In this document: positions 27,406-37,491 of the stretch, one piece after another | How positions within the stretch are numbered: the stretch's first letter is position 1 | Layout of the letters: each line of letters opens with the position of its first letter | Source: an uncultured Gammaproteobacteria bacterium | Lineage (GTDB): Bacteria > Pseudomonadota > Gammaproteobacteria > Magnimaribacterales > D2472 | Assembly: GCA_964417685.1 (NCBI GenBank) | Contig: CAYQIT010000001.1 | Span: forward strand, 17,157-81,156 | Direction of reading: 5' to 3' | DNA: 64,000 nt | Translations under genes and position numbers: made by a program | The notes under the pieces: generated by a model | What the model was told of the DNA's origin: nothing | The model's database searches: none | What the model saw: the letters and a program-made list of their open reading frames with translations, nothing else

Positions 27406-28170
27406 ATGAATCTTAGTTTGAACTTAAATAAAATAGCTCTTCTTAGAAATGCGAGAGGTGATAATTATCCAGATTTAGAAGAATACGCTTTGAGGGCAAT
27501 TGAGCTAGGTGTAGACGGTTTGACACTGCATCCTAGACCAGATCAGAGACATGCAACTTGTGAAGATGTCTTAACTATTTCTAATATTTGCAAAGAAAAG
27601 AGTGTTGAATTTAATATCGAAGGTAATCCATTTTCTAAAGCAACCGATAATTATGATGGTTTCGTTGATCTTGTTAAGTTATCAAGTCCAGATCAGGTAA
27701 CACTTGTTCCTGATGATCCAGATCAAATAACCTCAGATCATGGTTGGAATGTAGAATCTTGTAATGAGAGTTTGTCGTTAGTTATAAAAGAAATAATAAA
27801 TTCCTCTCCAAAAGCTAGAATAAGTTTATTTATTGATAATATTCAAAATGACACAATTAACTTTGAAATACTTAATGCATGCATTAAGGTAGGCGCAAAT
27901 ACCATAGAAATTCACACAGGACCATTTTCAAAAGCTATTGCCAATTCTAATTTTTCCGTTGTAGATAATTTATTTACACTCGCTAAAAAAGCTAAAGAGC
28001 TAGGCTTAAATGTTAATGCGGGACATGATTTAAACCTTGATAATTTATCTTATTTAAGAAAAATGGATTTAATAGACGAAGTTTCAATAGGGCACGCAAT
28101 TATAGTAGATGCCTTGAATTATGGTTTCGATGACACTATAAATAAATATATATCAGCTACTAAGGGATAA
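27406..28170 (+). CDS. pdxJ: pyridoxine 5'-phosphate synthase
   Basis: NLNKIALLRNARG, HPRPDQRH, EGNP, TLVPD, IEIHTGPF, NAGHDLN, EVSIGHAIIVDAL. Confidence 0.9.
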   Translation: MNLSLNLNKIALLRNARGDNYPDLEEYALRAIELGVDGLTLHPRPDQRHATCEDVLTISNICKEKSVEFNIEGNPFSKATDNYDGFVDLVKLSSPDQVTLVPDDPDQITSDHGWNVESCNESLSLVIKEIINSSPKARISLFIDNIQNDTINFEILNACIKVGANTIEIHTGPFSKAIANSNFSVVDNLFTLAKKAKELGLNVNAGHDLNLDNLSYLRKMDLIDEVSIGHAIIVDALNYGFDDTINKYISATKG

Positions 28171-28172
28171 AC

Positions 28173-28487
28173 ATGGATATTAAACAAAAATTAATAGAAC
28201 AAATAGAAGAAAACGAGATTCTAATTTATATGAAAGGTACGCCATATGAACCAAAATGTGGATTTTCAGCAAGAACAGTTCAATCGCTCATAGAATGCGA
28301 TGCCAAATTTTCATATGTTGATGTATTAGAAAATAATGATGTAAGATCAACATTGCCTGCTGTATCAGATTGGCCAACTTTTCCACAAGTTTTTGTTAAA
28401 GGAGAGTTGATAGGCGGTGCTGATATTGTTACTCAGATGCATGAAACAGGTGAGTTAAAAAAATTATTAGATACTGTTGAAGGCTAA
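28173..28487 (+). CDS. grxD: monothiol glutaredoxin (Grx4 type)
   Basis: CGFS active site, WPTFPQVFVKGELIGGADI; 104 aa. Confidence 0.9.
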   Translation: MDIKQKLIEQIEENEILIYMKGTPYEPKCGFSARTVQSLIECDAKFSYVDVLENNDVRSTLPAVSDWPTFPQVFVKGELIGGADIVTQMHETGELKKLLDTVEG

Positions 28488-29071
28488 CTCTGATATTTAT
28501 TAACAATAGAACAAAAAACTTCAGCAGTTACATTAGAATCATATGCTGCTGAATGTGCTTCTTTTGAATCATAATCAATATTAAGTTCATCACATACTCT
28601 AGCCAATACAGTCTGATTGGTAGCTAAAGCACCAAGACTAACTGTATCTAATACTGAGAAGGGGTGGAAAGGCGATCTTTTAATATTATTTCTTTTAACC
28701 GCTTCATTTAAAAATGAGCTATCAAAATGAGCATTATGGCCCACTAAAATAGCTCTACTGCATTCATATTTAGTTCGAGCTTTATTGATGATTTTAAATA
28801 AGTTAGTTAATGCATCTTTTTCAGCGATAGCAGTTCTTAATGGGTGGTTAAGATTTATCTTTGTAAATTCAAGTGATTCTTTTTCAACAATTAGACCATC
28901 AAATGGTTCAATATGATATCTAATGGTTTCACCAACAATGAGCTGATTGTTTTGTTCCTCAATCAATGTAATTGCTATCTCAAGAATTGCATTTTTAATT
29001 GGATCAAATCCCCCAGTTTCAAGATCTATTACAACAGGGAGATATTTTCTGAACCTATCTTTAAGTTTCAT
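28484..29071 (-). CDS. rnt: ribonuclease T
   Basis: DEDDh motifs VVIDLETGG, GHNAHFDSSF, HSAAYDS; 195 aa. Adjacent to grxD as in E. coli. Confidence 0.85.
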   Translation of the reverse strand: MKLKDRFRKYLPVVIDLETGGFDPIKNAILEIAITLIEEQNNQLIVGETIRYHIEPFDGLIVEKESLEFTKINLNHPLRTAIAEKDALTNLFKIINKARTKYECSRAILVGHNAHFDSSFLNEAVKRNNIKRSPFHPFSVLDTVSLGALATNQTVLARVCDELNIDYDSKEAHSAAYDSNVTAEVFCSIVNKYQS

Positions 29072-29738
29072 TTTTCTCTTTCAAAAATATTTCAACTTGA
29101 TTTCTTTTGAATTTATGTAATTTTTTTAGATCACTAGAAAGTATATGATCCTGCATATCTTCGATTGCTTTATTCTTATCAATACCTCTGTTTGTAATTT
29201 TTAAATTAATCTCTGAGCTTATATCCTTATTAATATTAGTATTGTTTTTCAATTTAGCTCTTTTCTTATTTGGTTTTATTGATTTATTTAAATCAAAGTA
29301 AAATTGAGATTTATCTCTAATTTTTTTAATATCTTCATCTGGTATATCTACCAAATCAATACAGTCTACCGGGCAGGGGTCTATGCAAAGTTCACAACCA
29401 GTGCATATATCTGTAATTACAGAATGCATGAGATTAGTTGCACCAACTATTGCGTCAACAGGACAAGCCCCAATACATTTTTTACAACCTATGCAATCTT
29501 CCTCTCTAATAACAGCAAGTTTATTTTTTATTATTGGTCCATAATTTTCATCAACATTATCAAAACTCTTATCTAAAATTTTATTTAGCTGGTCTAGAGT
29601 GTCAGAGCCTCCTGGAACACATCTATCATGCGGTACCCCCTCAGCTATCTGTTCTGCATATTGATAGCAACCAGGTGTGTCACATCTTCCGCACTGAATT
29701 TGCGGAAGTGATGAATGTATTTTTTTTATTAATTCCAA
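29061..29738 (-). CDS. soluble RnfB/RsxB-like iron-sulfur ferredoxin with Lys-rich C-terminal tail
   Basis: LPQIQCGRCDTPGCYQYAEQI...DRCVPGG plus two 4Fe-4S motifs (CIGCKKCIGACP, CTGCELCIDPCP) parallel the E. coli RsxB soluble part. No N-terminal membrane anchor. Confidence 0.65.
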   Translation of the reverse strand: MELIKKIHSSLPQIQCGRCDTPGCYQYAEQIAEGVPHDRCVPGGSDTLDQLNKILDKSFDNVDENYGPIIKNKLAVIREEDCIGCKKCIGACPVDAIVGATNLMHSVITDICTGCELCIDPCPVDCIDLVDIPDEDIKKIRDKSQFYFDLNKSIKPNKKRAKLKNNTNINKDISSEINLKITNRGIDKNKAIEDMQDHILSSDLKKLHKFKRNQVEIFLKEKNET

Positions 29739-29740
29739 GG

Positions 29741-30784
29741 TTATTTATCAAGAACTCCTAATTTCTTTTGTAATTTTGAGTTTGAGGTTGTGTAGCCAAA
29801 TGGAACTCTTTCTCCCGGATGAATTCTTTTATATGCCTCTTGAACTGCAAGAGTTGTTTCATGAAAACCTGAAAGAATAAGATCAAGCTTCCCAGGGTAA
29901 TCATTAATATCACCAACAGCAAAAATACCATTTTTAGATGTTTGAAAATTTTCAGTATTTACAGATATTTTTTTACCATTTAAGTCTAGATTCCATTCAA
30001 GTATAGGACCAAGTTTTTTATTTAAACCAAATAAAAATAATAGCTCATCAGCTTCAAAAGTTAATATTTCTTTAGTATCAAAGTTTTTAAGTGAAACTGA
30101 ATCTACTTTATCTGAACCGATAATTTCCTCAATGATATGAGGTGTGTGTAGTTTAACTATATTGTTTTTTACTAGTTCTCTCATCATTTCTTCAGAATGT
30201 AATGCACCTCTAAACGCATCTCTTCTATGAACAAGATTTACTTCTTTTGATATTTTTGAAAGCTCAATTGTCCAATCTAGTGCTGAGTCTCCACCACCAA
30301 AAATGAAGACTTTTTTATCTGCATAAGTTTCTTTAGAGCGAACGGCATAGGTAACACCTTTGTCTTTAAACTTATCTGGTTCTTGTATATTGGGAGGCCT
30401 TCTTGGTTCGAATGAACCAGCACCAGCAGCTATAAAGACATTCTTTGTAATAAATGTATTATTATCATTTGTTGTTACAGACCAAAATTTTTCACTGTGG
30501 TGATCTATTTCTTTTAGCTCTTCGACTCTTTGATTAAGAAAAACCTCATAATTAAAAGGTTTAATTTGCTCCAATAAAGCATCTACATGCTCTTGAGCAG
30601 TTTGAAAGGGTACTCCTGGTATGTCGTAAATAGGTTTTTCGGGATATAACTCTGCACATTGGCCTCCAACTTTATCTAAGTTGTCAATGAGTACACAATT
30701 TAATCCAAGTAAACCAGCTTCAAAAACCGTAAACAAGCCAACAGGACCAGCACCAACAACTACAATATCTATCTTTTTATTCAT
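29741..30784 (-). CDS. thioredoxin-reductase-type ferredoxin-NADP+ reductase
   Basis: VVVGAGPVGLF, GGQCAELYPEKPIYDIPG, GGGDSALDW, no CxxC redox pair; 347 aa. Confidence 0.8.
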   Translation of the reverse strand: MNKKIDIVVVGAGPVGLFTVFEAGLLGLNCVLIDNLDKVGGQCAELYPEKPIYDIPGVPFQTAQEHVDALLEQIKPFNYEVFLNQRVEELKEIDHHSEKFWSVTTNDNNTFITKNVFIAAGAGSFEPRRPPNIQEPDKFKDKGVTYAVRSKETYADKKVFIFGGGDSALDWTIELSKISKEVNLVHRRDAFRGALHSEEMMRELVKNNIVKLHTPHIIEEIIGSDKVDSVSLKNFDTKEILTFEADELLFLFGLNKKLGPILEWNLDLNGKKISVNTENFQTSKNGIFAVGDINDYPGKLDLILSGFHETTLAVQEAYKRIHPGERVPFGYTTSNSKLQKKLGVLDK

Positions 30785-30785
30785 T

Positions 30786-32744
30786 CTATTTCACCCTTTG
30801 GCCCTCATCTGCTCCTGAGTCAGGTGATATAAGGTATATTCCGCCTTCCTCATCAGATGATGCTAAAACCATTCCTTCTGAAAGGCCAAATTTCATTTGT
30901 CGAGGAGCTAGATTAGATACAAGTATCACCAACTTGCCATTTAAATCATTAGGATCATAGGCGCTTTTAATTCCTGCAAAAACTTGACGATTTCCAAGAT
31001 CACCAACGCTAAGCTTTAACTTCAAAAGTTTATCAGCACCCTCTACATTAGAGGCTTCTATAATTTTAGCTACTCTCAAATCAATATCTGCAAATTGATT
31101 TATATTAATTGTATTCTGATCTTCCATTTTATCTTCCTTAGGTAATTTGATTTTATCCAATCTATTTAAAATAGGCTTGTAATCGTTTATATCCTTATTT
31201 AATTTTTTTCCAATATCATCAAAGTTATTTTTATCAGTATTTAAAAAATCAAAAGCTTCTTTTGTAATATTTGGAATAATAGGATTTAGATATATGCTCA
31301 GATAATAAAAAGCATTTAAAGCTACAGATGAAATATCTACTGATTCATTTAATTCTTTCTTCCATGGAGTGTTTTCGTTAATGTACTTATTAGTATCATC
31401 AGCCATTTCCATTATCAATTTTATAGCTTTTGAAAACTCTCTTGATTCAAAATAATCGAGAATATTTTCTTTATTAGATATTATTTTATCAAGCAGAGGT
31501 GAATTAACTTCATCTATTAACTTATTATCATTTTTCTTTATAAATGAAGAACATCTGCTCGCAATATTTAAATATTTTCCAACTAAATCAGAGTTTATTT
31601 TTTGAACATAATCATCTAGATTTAGATCAAGATCTTCAACTTTATTATTCAGTTTTGAGGCAAAATAATATCTAAGAGTTTCAGGATCACATATTTCAGC
31701 AAATTCTTTTGCCATAATTCCAGTTCCCTTGGATTTAGACATCTTCTCGCCATTAAGTGTTAAGAATCCATGCACATGAATTCCTGTAGGAAGTTTGTAG
31801 TCTGAGCTATGTAAAAGGGCTGGCCAAAATAAACCATGAAAATATGAGATATCTTTTCCAATAAAATGATGAATCTCATATTCAGAATCTTTACCCCATA
31901 AAGTTTCTATTGAAATATTATTCTCATTTGACCAATTTTTAGCAGATGCTATATAACCTATTGGAGCATCTAGCCAAACATAAAAATATTTATCTTTTTC
32001 ACCAGGTATTTCAAATCCAAAATAGGGTGCATCTCTTGAAATATCCCATTTTTTTAGATCGTCATTCAACCATTCATTAAGTTTATTAACTATTGGTTCT
32101 TGAAGAATTGCATCTTGAAGGAAACTATCCAATGATTCCCTTTTTTTTGGTAGATCGAAGAATATATGTTCCGTTTCTTTGATAACGGGGGCTGTTCCAG
32201 ATATCGTAGATATAGGATTTATTAAATCTTCAACACTATATACTGCATTACATACGCCGCACCCATCACCATATTGATCTTCAGCTCCACATTTTGGACA
32301 TGTTCCTTTTATAAATCTATCTGATAAAAACATCTCTTCTTTAGTATCAAAAAGCTGATTTATGTATTGCTTTGAAATAAGATCATTAGCTACAGCAGAA
32401 CTATATATATCCTCTGATATAGACTTATTTTCATCAGAATGAGTTGAATGAAAATTTGTAAAATCTATGTTGTACAGTTTATAAGTATCTTGATGGTCTT
32501 TTTGAACTTTTTTTATTAGTTCTTCGGGAGTGATATTTAACTCTTTTGCTTTCAGCATCACTGGTGTTCCATGTGTGTCATCTGCGCAAAAATATAAGCA
32601 CTCGTTGTTATTTTGATTTTGATAGCGAACCCAGATATCTGTTTGAACAGCTTCTAAGATATGCCCTAGATGTAAAGAAGAATTTGCATAAGGCAAAGCC
32701 ATAGTAACTATAAGCTTTCTATTGTTTTTTTTGGGCGCATTCAT
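30786..32744 (-). CDS. metG: methionyl-tRNA synthetase
   Basis: [11 protein letters not shown] (HIGH), KMSKS, zinc knuckle [18 protein letters not shown]-terminal tRNA-binding domain. Confidence 0.95.
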   Translation of the reverse strand: MNAPKKNNRKLIVTMALPYANSSLHLGHILEAVQTDIWVRYQNQNNNECLYFCADDTHGTPVMLKAKELNITPEELIKKVQKDHQDTYKLYNIDFTNFHSTHSDENKSISEDIYSSAVANDLISKQYINQLFDTKEEMFLSDRFIKGTCPKCGAEDQYGDGCGVCNAVYSVEDLINPISTISGTAPVIKETEHIFFDLPKKRESLDSFLQDAILQEPIVNKLNEWLNDDLKKWDISRDAPYFGFEIPGEKDKYFYVWLDAPIGYIASAKNWSNENNISIETLWGKDSEYEIHHFIGKDISYFHGLFWPALLHSSDYKLPTGIHVHGFLTLNGEKMSKSKGTGIMAKEFAEICDPETLRYYFASKLNNKVEDLDLNLDDYVQKINSDLVGKYLNIASRCSSFIKKNDNKLIDEVNSPLLDKIISNKENILDYFESREFSKAIKLIMEMADDTNKYINENTPWKKELNESVDISSVALNAFYYLSIYLNPIIPNITKEAFDFLNTDKNNFDDIGKKLNKDINDYKPILNRLDKIKLPKEDKMEDQNTININQFADIDLRVAKIIEASNVEGADKLLKLKLSVGDLGNRQVFAGIKSAYDPNDLNGKLVILVSNLAPRQMKFGLSEGMVLASSDEEGGIYLISPDSGADEGQRVK

Positions 32745-32781
32745 ATATAAGATGTATTATATGTGAATTAATTTAAAATAT

Positions 32782-33489
32782 ATGTCCGTAAAAAAAATAA
32801 TAGCCATTGCTTCAGCAAAAGGTGGTGTAGGTAAGAGTTCTATAACTGCTTTATTGGCTGCAAATTTATCTAAAAATTTAAAAATTGGTATCTTAGATGC
32901 TGACATTTATGGTCCAAATCAACATATCTTATTTGATGTTGAAAATAACAAGCCTGAAGTTACAGATATCAATGGGTCTAAAAAATTTATACCTGTAACA
33001 GCTCAGAATAATATAAAAATTAACTCGATGGGCTTCATTTTAGATGATGAAAAAGCTGCAATATGGAGAGGTCCAATGCTTAGCGGAGCAATAAAACAAT
33101 TAATGGATTCAACAATATGGGATGATCTAGATATTTTATTTGTAGATATGCCTCCAGGTACAGGCGATGCTTATTTAACTGTATCTTCTGAGATCAAACC
33201 TGATCATGCAATATTAATAACAACACCAAATAAATTAGCTATTCACGATACTTTAAAATCTTTATCAACTTTCTCTAAGCTTAAAACTAATGTCCTCGGT
33301 TTTATAGAAAATAATTTATTTCAAACAAATGTTAAACAATCATATCCAGATTTAACATCAAATGATATTAAGTTTATGGGGTCTTTAAGTTTTGATAATT
33401 CAATTCATAATTTTGATTTTTTCAGATCTAATGAAGAGATTAACCATATAACAACATACCTTTTAGAATTATTAAATGAATCTAACTAA
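32782..33489 (+). CDS. mrp: Mrp/ApbC-like P-loop ATPase, short and cysteine-free
   Basis: Deviant Walker A ASAKGGVGKSS, DADIYGPN, VDMPPGTGD. Divergent from metG as in E. coli. 235 aa with no Cys. Confidence 0.75.
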   Translation: MSVKKIIAIASAKGGVGKSSITALLAANLSKNLKIGILDADIYGPNQHILFDVENNKPEVTDINGSKKFIPVTAQNNIKINSMGFILDDEKAAIWRGPMLSGAIKQLMDSTIWDDLDILFVDMPPGTGDAYLTVSSEIKPDHAILITTPNKLAIHDTLKSLSTFSKLKTNVLGFIENNLFQTNVKQSYPDLTSNDIKFMGSLSFDNSIHNFDFFRSNEEINHITTYLLELLNESN

Positions 33490-34171
33490 ACATATTTTAA
33501 TATTAATATTTTCAATAAATATTTACAGTGAAATCAATGATCCATTTGAAGAGTTAAATAGAACATCTTTTCAAATAAATGAAACAGTTGATAGTGTTAT
33601 TTTAAAACCTATAGCAGTAACATATTCCAAAGCACCAACACCCATGAAATATGGAATTACAAACTTTTTTAGAAATCTAAAAGAGGTAGATAATACTGTT
33701 AATCAATTACTACAAGGTAAACCTAAACTTGCACTAAATGATTTAAGTCGTTTTGTTATAAATACAACAATAGGACTAGGTGGCCTAATAGATGTTGCTT
33801 CAAACATGGGATTAGATAGACATGATGAAGATTTTGGTCAGACGCTTGGTGTATGGGGTATACCATCAGGTCCGTATCTAATGATTCCAATGTTAGGGCC
33901 TTCATCCACGAGGGACTTATTAAGTAGACCTATTTCATCATTTTTAGGTGGTACCTTTCATATGGATGATAGCAATGTTCGTATTAGTTTGACCGCACTA
34001 GATGCTATTGAAACAAGAGAGAGATTATTAGATGTTGAAAGCCTTTTGTCTGGAGATAAATATAATTTTGTGAGAGATTCATATTCGCAATCGAGAGAAT
34101 ATGAAATTAAGGATGGATTTGATATTGAAGATGATTTTATTGATGATATGGATGATTTTCTAATTGATTAA
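33476..34171 (+). CDS. mlaA: MlaA/VacJ outer-membrane lipoprotein
   Basis: DPFEELNR, GLGGLIDVAS, DFGQTLGVWG, GPYLMIPMLGPSSTRD motifs. Confidence 0.8.
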   Translation: MNLTKHILILIFSINIYSEINDPFEELNRTSFQINETVDSVILKPIAVTYSKAPTPMKYGITNFFRNLKEVDNTVNQLLQGKPKLALNDLSRFVINTTIGLGGLIDVASNMGLDRHDEDFGQTLGVWGIPSGPYLMIPMLGPSSTRDLLSRPISSFLGGTFHMDDSNVRISLTALDAIETRERLLDVESLLSGDKYNFVRDSYSQSREYEIKDGFDIEDDFIDDMDDFLID

Positions 34172-35131
34172 AAGATCTCTTAAATCTGTATGATAGGGAG
34201 AAATATCTTTTACTTTAATAGCCTCTAATACTAGCCTTCTAAACGTTTTAGCGTGCTTGTCACCTTTTGATAATCCAAACATATGCTTTAGCATTCTTGA
34301 GAGCTCATATCCTTGAGATTCCTTAGATTGCATATATGCAACATACTCATCAAATATATCAACTTTTGAAAATTCTCTTTCATTTTTACCGAATATCTCT
34401 TTGTCAAAATCAGCAAGCATAAAGGGATTATCATAAGCAGCTCTTCCAATCATGACGCCATCAATTTTTTCAAGGTGATTTTTTGTCTCATTTAAGTTTT
34501 TTATACCACCATTTATAACAATATTTAATTCAGGATTTTCTTCCTTCAATCTATACACATAGTCATACTTTAACGGAGGTATCATTCTATTTTGTCTTGG
34601 ACTTAAGCCATTCAAGATAGCGTTTCTGGCATGGATAATAAAATCACTTATTCCTGCTTTCTTAACTTTATTTACAAAGCTTTCAAAAAATTCAAATGTA
34701 TCATTATCATCAACACCAAGTCTGCATTTAATAGTTACTGGTATATTAACTGCATTCTGCATCTCACTTAAACAATTTGCAACATGATCTGGTTCCAACA
34801 TCAGACTAGCTCCAAATTTACCTTTTTGAACTCTATCTGATGGGCATCCGACATTTAAATTAATTTCATCATAACCAAATGATTCGCAGATTTTTGATGA
34901 TTCAATTAGGTCTTTGATATCTGACCCACCTAGTTGAACTGCTACCGGGTGTTCCTCAATATTGTATTCAAGTTGATTCAAGCACTTGCCATAGACTATT
35001 GCACCTGTTGTGATCATCTCTGTATATAAATAAATATTCTTAGATATCAGTCTTAATAAAAATCTATCATGCATGTCTGTATATTGCATCATGGGCGCAA
35101 CACATGCTTTGTGGGTTAAAGCAAATGCCAT
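34160..35131 (-). CDS. dusA: tRNA-dihydrouridine synthase A
   Basis: APMMQYTDMHDRFLLR, VAVQLGGSD, NLNVGCPS, IHARNA motifs; 323 aa. Confidence 0.85.
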   Translation of the reverse strand: MAFALTHKACVAPMMQYTDMHDRFLLRLISKNIYLYTEMITTGAIVYGKCLNQLEYNIEEHPVAVQLGGSDIKDLIESSKICESFGYDEINLNVGCPSDRVQKGKFGASLMLEPDHVANCLSEMQNAVNIPVTIKCRLGVDDNDTFEFFESFVNKVKKAGISDFIIHARNAILNGLSPRQNRMIPPLKYDYVYRLKEENPELNIVINGGIKNLNETKNHLEKIDGVMIGRAAYDNPFMLADFDKEIFGKNEREFSKVDIFDEYVAYMQSKESQGYELSRMLKHMFGLSKGDKHAKTFRRLVLEAIKVKDISPYHTDLRDLLIN

Positions 35132-36669
35132 TAAATAAAATAAATAATCGATAGAAACCCAACAATACTTAAAACAATTGTATAGGGTAAAGCCATTAAA
35201 ACCATTCTCATGTACGATAAATTAATTAATGGTGCAAGAGATGATGTTAATAGGAATAAAAATGCAGCTTGTCCATTTGGCGTGGCTATACTTGGGATAT
35301 TTGTTCCTGTATTAATTGCTACAGCCAGTTTATTAAATTGATCTAATGTTATAGCATTTGTATCTAAAGCTGTTTTAACTTCATTTATATAAATTGTTGC
35401 AACAAAAACATTGTCACTGATTGCAGACAAGACACCATTAACAACAAAGAAAAGCGATGGTTGTACAGATACATCTTGCATCAAAACAAAAGATATTAAT
35501 GGAGCAAATAATAATTGATCATTAATAACACTAACAATAGCAAAAAATACTGCTAATAATGCTGTGAAAGGCAAGGCTTCATGGAAAGCTTCACCTAGAT
35601 CATGTTCTTCGGTAATTCCTTTAAAAGAAGTTAGAAGAATAATAACTCCAAGGCCTATTAGACCAACTGCAGCAACATGAAGAGCAAGAGCAATTACTAA
35701 CAGAATTGCGACTATTGATTCAACAACCAGTTGAGCTTTTTGATTAAGGGTAGTATTTTCCGCATCATGAATTGCAAAGTCATTAAAGATATTTCTTACG
35801 GAAATAGGCATTTGATTGCCAAACCCCGCAATTGAAAATCTTTCTACCAAATAGCATGTTAAAAGACCTGCAACAAAAACAGGCATTGTTACTGGTGCCA
35901 TTCTTAAAAAGAATTCTACAAATTGCCAACCAGCAGTATTTGCAATTAATAGGTTTTGAGGCTCACCAACAATAGTACACACTCCACCCAATGCCGTACC
36001 AACTGCACCATGCATAACTAAATCTCTTAAAAAAGCCTTAAAACTTTCAAGATCTTCTAGACCAACATCAGTTAAGTTTGAATCGTTTAGATGATTGTGC
36101 TCATCATTAAAGTTTTTTCCAGATGCTACTATGTGGTAAATTCTGTAGAAACCTATTGTTACACCAATAAGAACAGCAGTAACAGTTAAAGCATCCAGAA
36201 ATGCAGAAAGAACTGCAGCTGAAAAACAAAATAGTAGAGATAATAATTTCTTTGATTCAACTTTAAGTAAAAGCTTTGTGAATATGGTTAGCATCAGATT
36301 TTTCATAAAGAAAATACCTGCTACCATAAATATTAATAGCAATATAACTTCTAAGTTATGCTCAATCTCATACAGAACATGATAGGGAGTCGTTAACCCT
36401 AGAGCCAATGCTTGAATTGCTAGAAGCCCACCAGGTTGAAGGGGATAACACTTCAAAGCTAATGCTAGAGTAAAAATAAATTCAAGTAAAAATATCCAAC
36501 CAACAATAAAACCACCATTTAAACCCAGCTGGTTACAGAATAAATAAATTATTGGATTAAAAATAAGGAAACCTAATATGGTAGACTTGTACCACTTTGG
36601 TGAGTTTCCAAGAAACATTCTCTTCAATTCATTTAACATAGAAACATATTTATTTAATTTATTATGCAT
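35131..36669 (-). CDS. nhaB: Na+/H+ antiporter NhaB
   Basis: [12 protein letters not shown] and [16 protein letters not shown] parallel the E. coli NhaB N-terminus. 512 aa polytopic. An alternative start is Met11 (36639). Confidence 0.85.
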   Translation of the reverse strand: MHNKLNKYVSMLNELKRMFLGNSPKWYKSTILGFLIFNPIIYLFCNQLGLNGGFIVGWIFLLEFIFTLALALKCYPLQPGGLLAIQALALGLTTPYHVLYEIEHNLEVILLLIFMVAGIFFMKNLMLTIFTKLLLKVESKKLLSLLFCFSAAVLSAFLDALTVTAVLIGVTIGFYRIYHIVASGKNFNDEHNHLNDSNLTDVGLEDLESFKAFLRDLVMHGAVGTALGGVCTIVGEPQNLLIANTAGWQFVEFFLRMAPVTMPVFVAGLLTCYLVERFSIAGFGNQMPISVRNIFNDFAIHDAENTTLNQKAQLVVESIVAILLVIALALHVAAVGLIGLGVIILLTSFKGITEEHDLGEAFHEALPFTALLAVFFAIVSVINDQLLFAPLISFVLMQDVSVQPSLFFVVNGVLSAISDNVFVATIYINEVKTALDTNAITLDQFNKLAVAINTGTNIPSIATPNGQAAFLFLLTSSLAPLINLSYMRMVLMALPYTIVLSIVGFLSIIYFI

Positions 36670-37491
36670 TTTAAAAGATTTTTAGATTTTAAAACCAACA
36701 ATTTGAATAAAAAATTGATTATTTTTAAAAATAACAAAATCATTTTTGATGCAGATACTAATAATTTTATTCTTGATTATGCTTATCTAAGTATTGATAT
36801 TGACAGCTCTTTTTATGTTGGCATTGGAGAGGACGATAATACTCTTTACTATGCAGTTGATGTTACTAATTCTAATTTTTCATTAAGTGATCAAGGTTAT
36901 ACATCATTAATTGAAATTGATATAAGAAGTATTTTAGTTAAATCATCTGCTGAAGAGATTGCATTGGTGGGTAGGGCCCAGCATCTACTAGATTGGTATA
37001 AAAATTCTCAATATTGTGGTGCATGTGGTGGTAAAAATTTGTATTCGGATAAAGAGGGTGCCTTTTACTGCTCTTGTTCTAAAAATATGTTGTACCCAAA
37101 AATATCACCCTGTGTAATAGGGATCATTTTAAATGGAGATGATATTTTATTAGCACGAAATAAACTTTTTCCAGATGGTATGTTCAGTGCAATAGCAGGC
37201 TTTGTTGAAGCCTCTGAAACACTTGAGCAAACTTTCGAGAGAGAGATATATGAAGAAGTAGGGCTAAAGGTAAAGAATATAAATTATTTCGGTAGTCAGC
37301 CATGGCCTTTTCCAAATCAGCTAATGATTGCATTTACTTGTGAATATGAATCAGGCGAAATCAATGTTGACGGAGAAGAGATAGTTGAGGCCTCATGGTT
37401 TAATTCTAGCAATATGCCAAATATACCACCTACATCTTCTATATCAGGACAACTAATTAATTCTTATCTCGAGGGTCATTTGAAGCCCTAG
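36664..37491 (+). CDS. nudC: NADH pyrophosphatase (Nudix)
   Basis: Zinc ribbon YCGACGG...CSC, Nudix box [34 protein letters not shown]. Confidence 0.85.
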   Translation: MHFKRFLDFKTNNLNKKLIIFKNNKIIFDADTNNFILDYAYLSIDIDSSFYVGIGEDDNTLYYAVDVTNSNFSLSDQGYTSLIEIDIRSILVKSSAEEIALVGRAQHLLDWYKNSQYCGACGGKNLYSDKEGAFYCSCSKNMLYPKISPCVIGIILNGDDILLARNKLFPDGMFSAIAGFVEASETLEQTFEREIYEEVGLKVKNINYFGSQPWPFPNQLMIAFTCEYESGEINVDGEEIVEASWFNSSNMPNIPPTSSISGQLINSYLEGHLKP

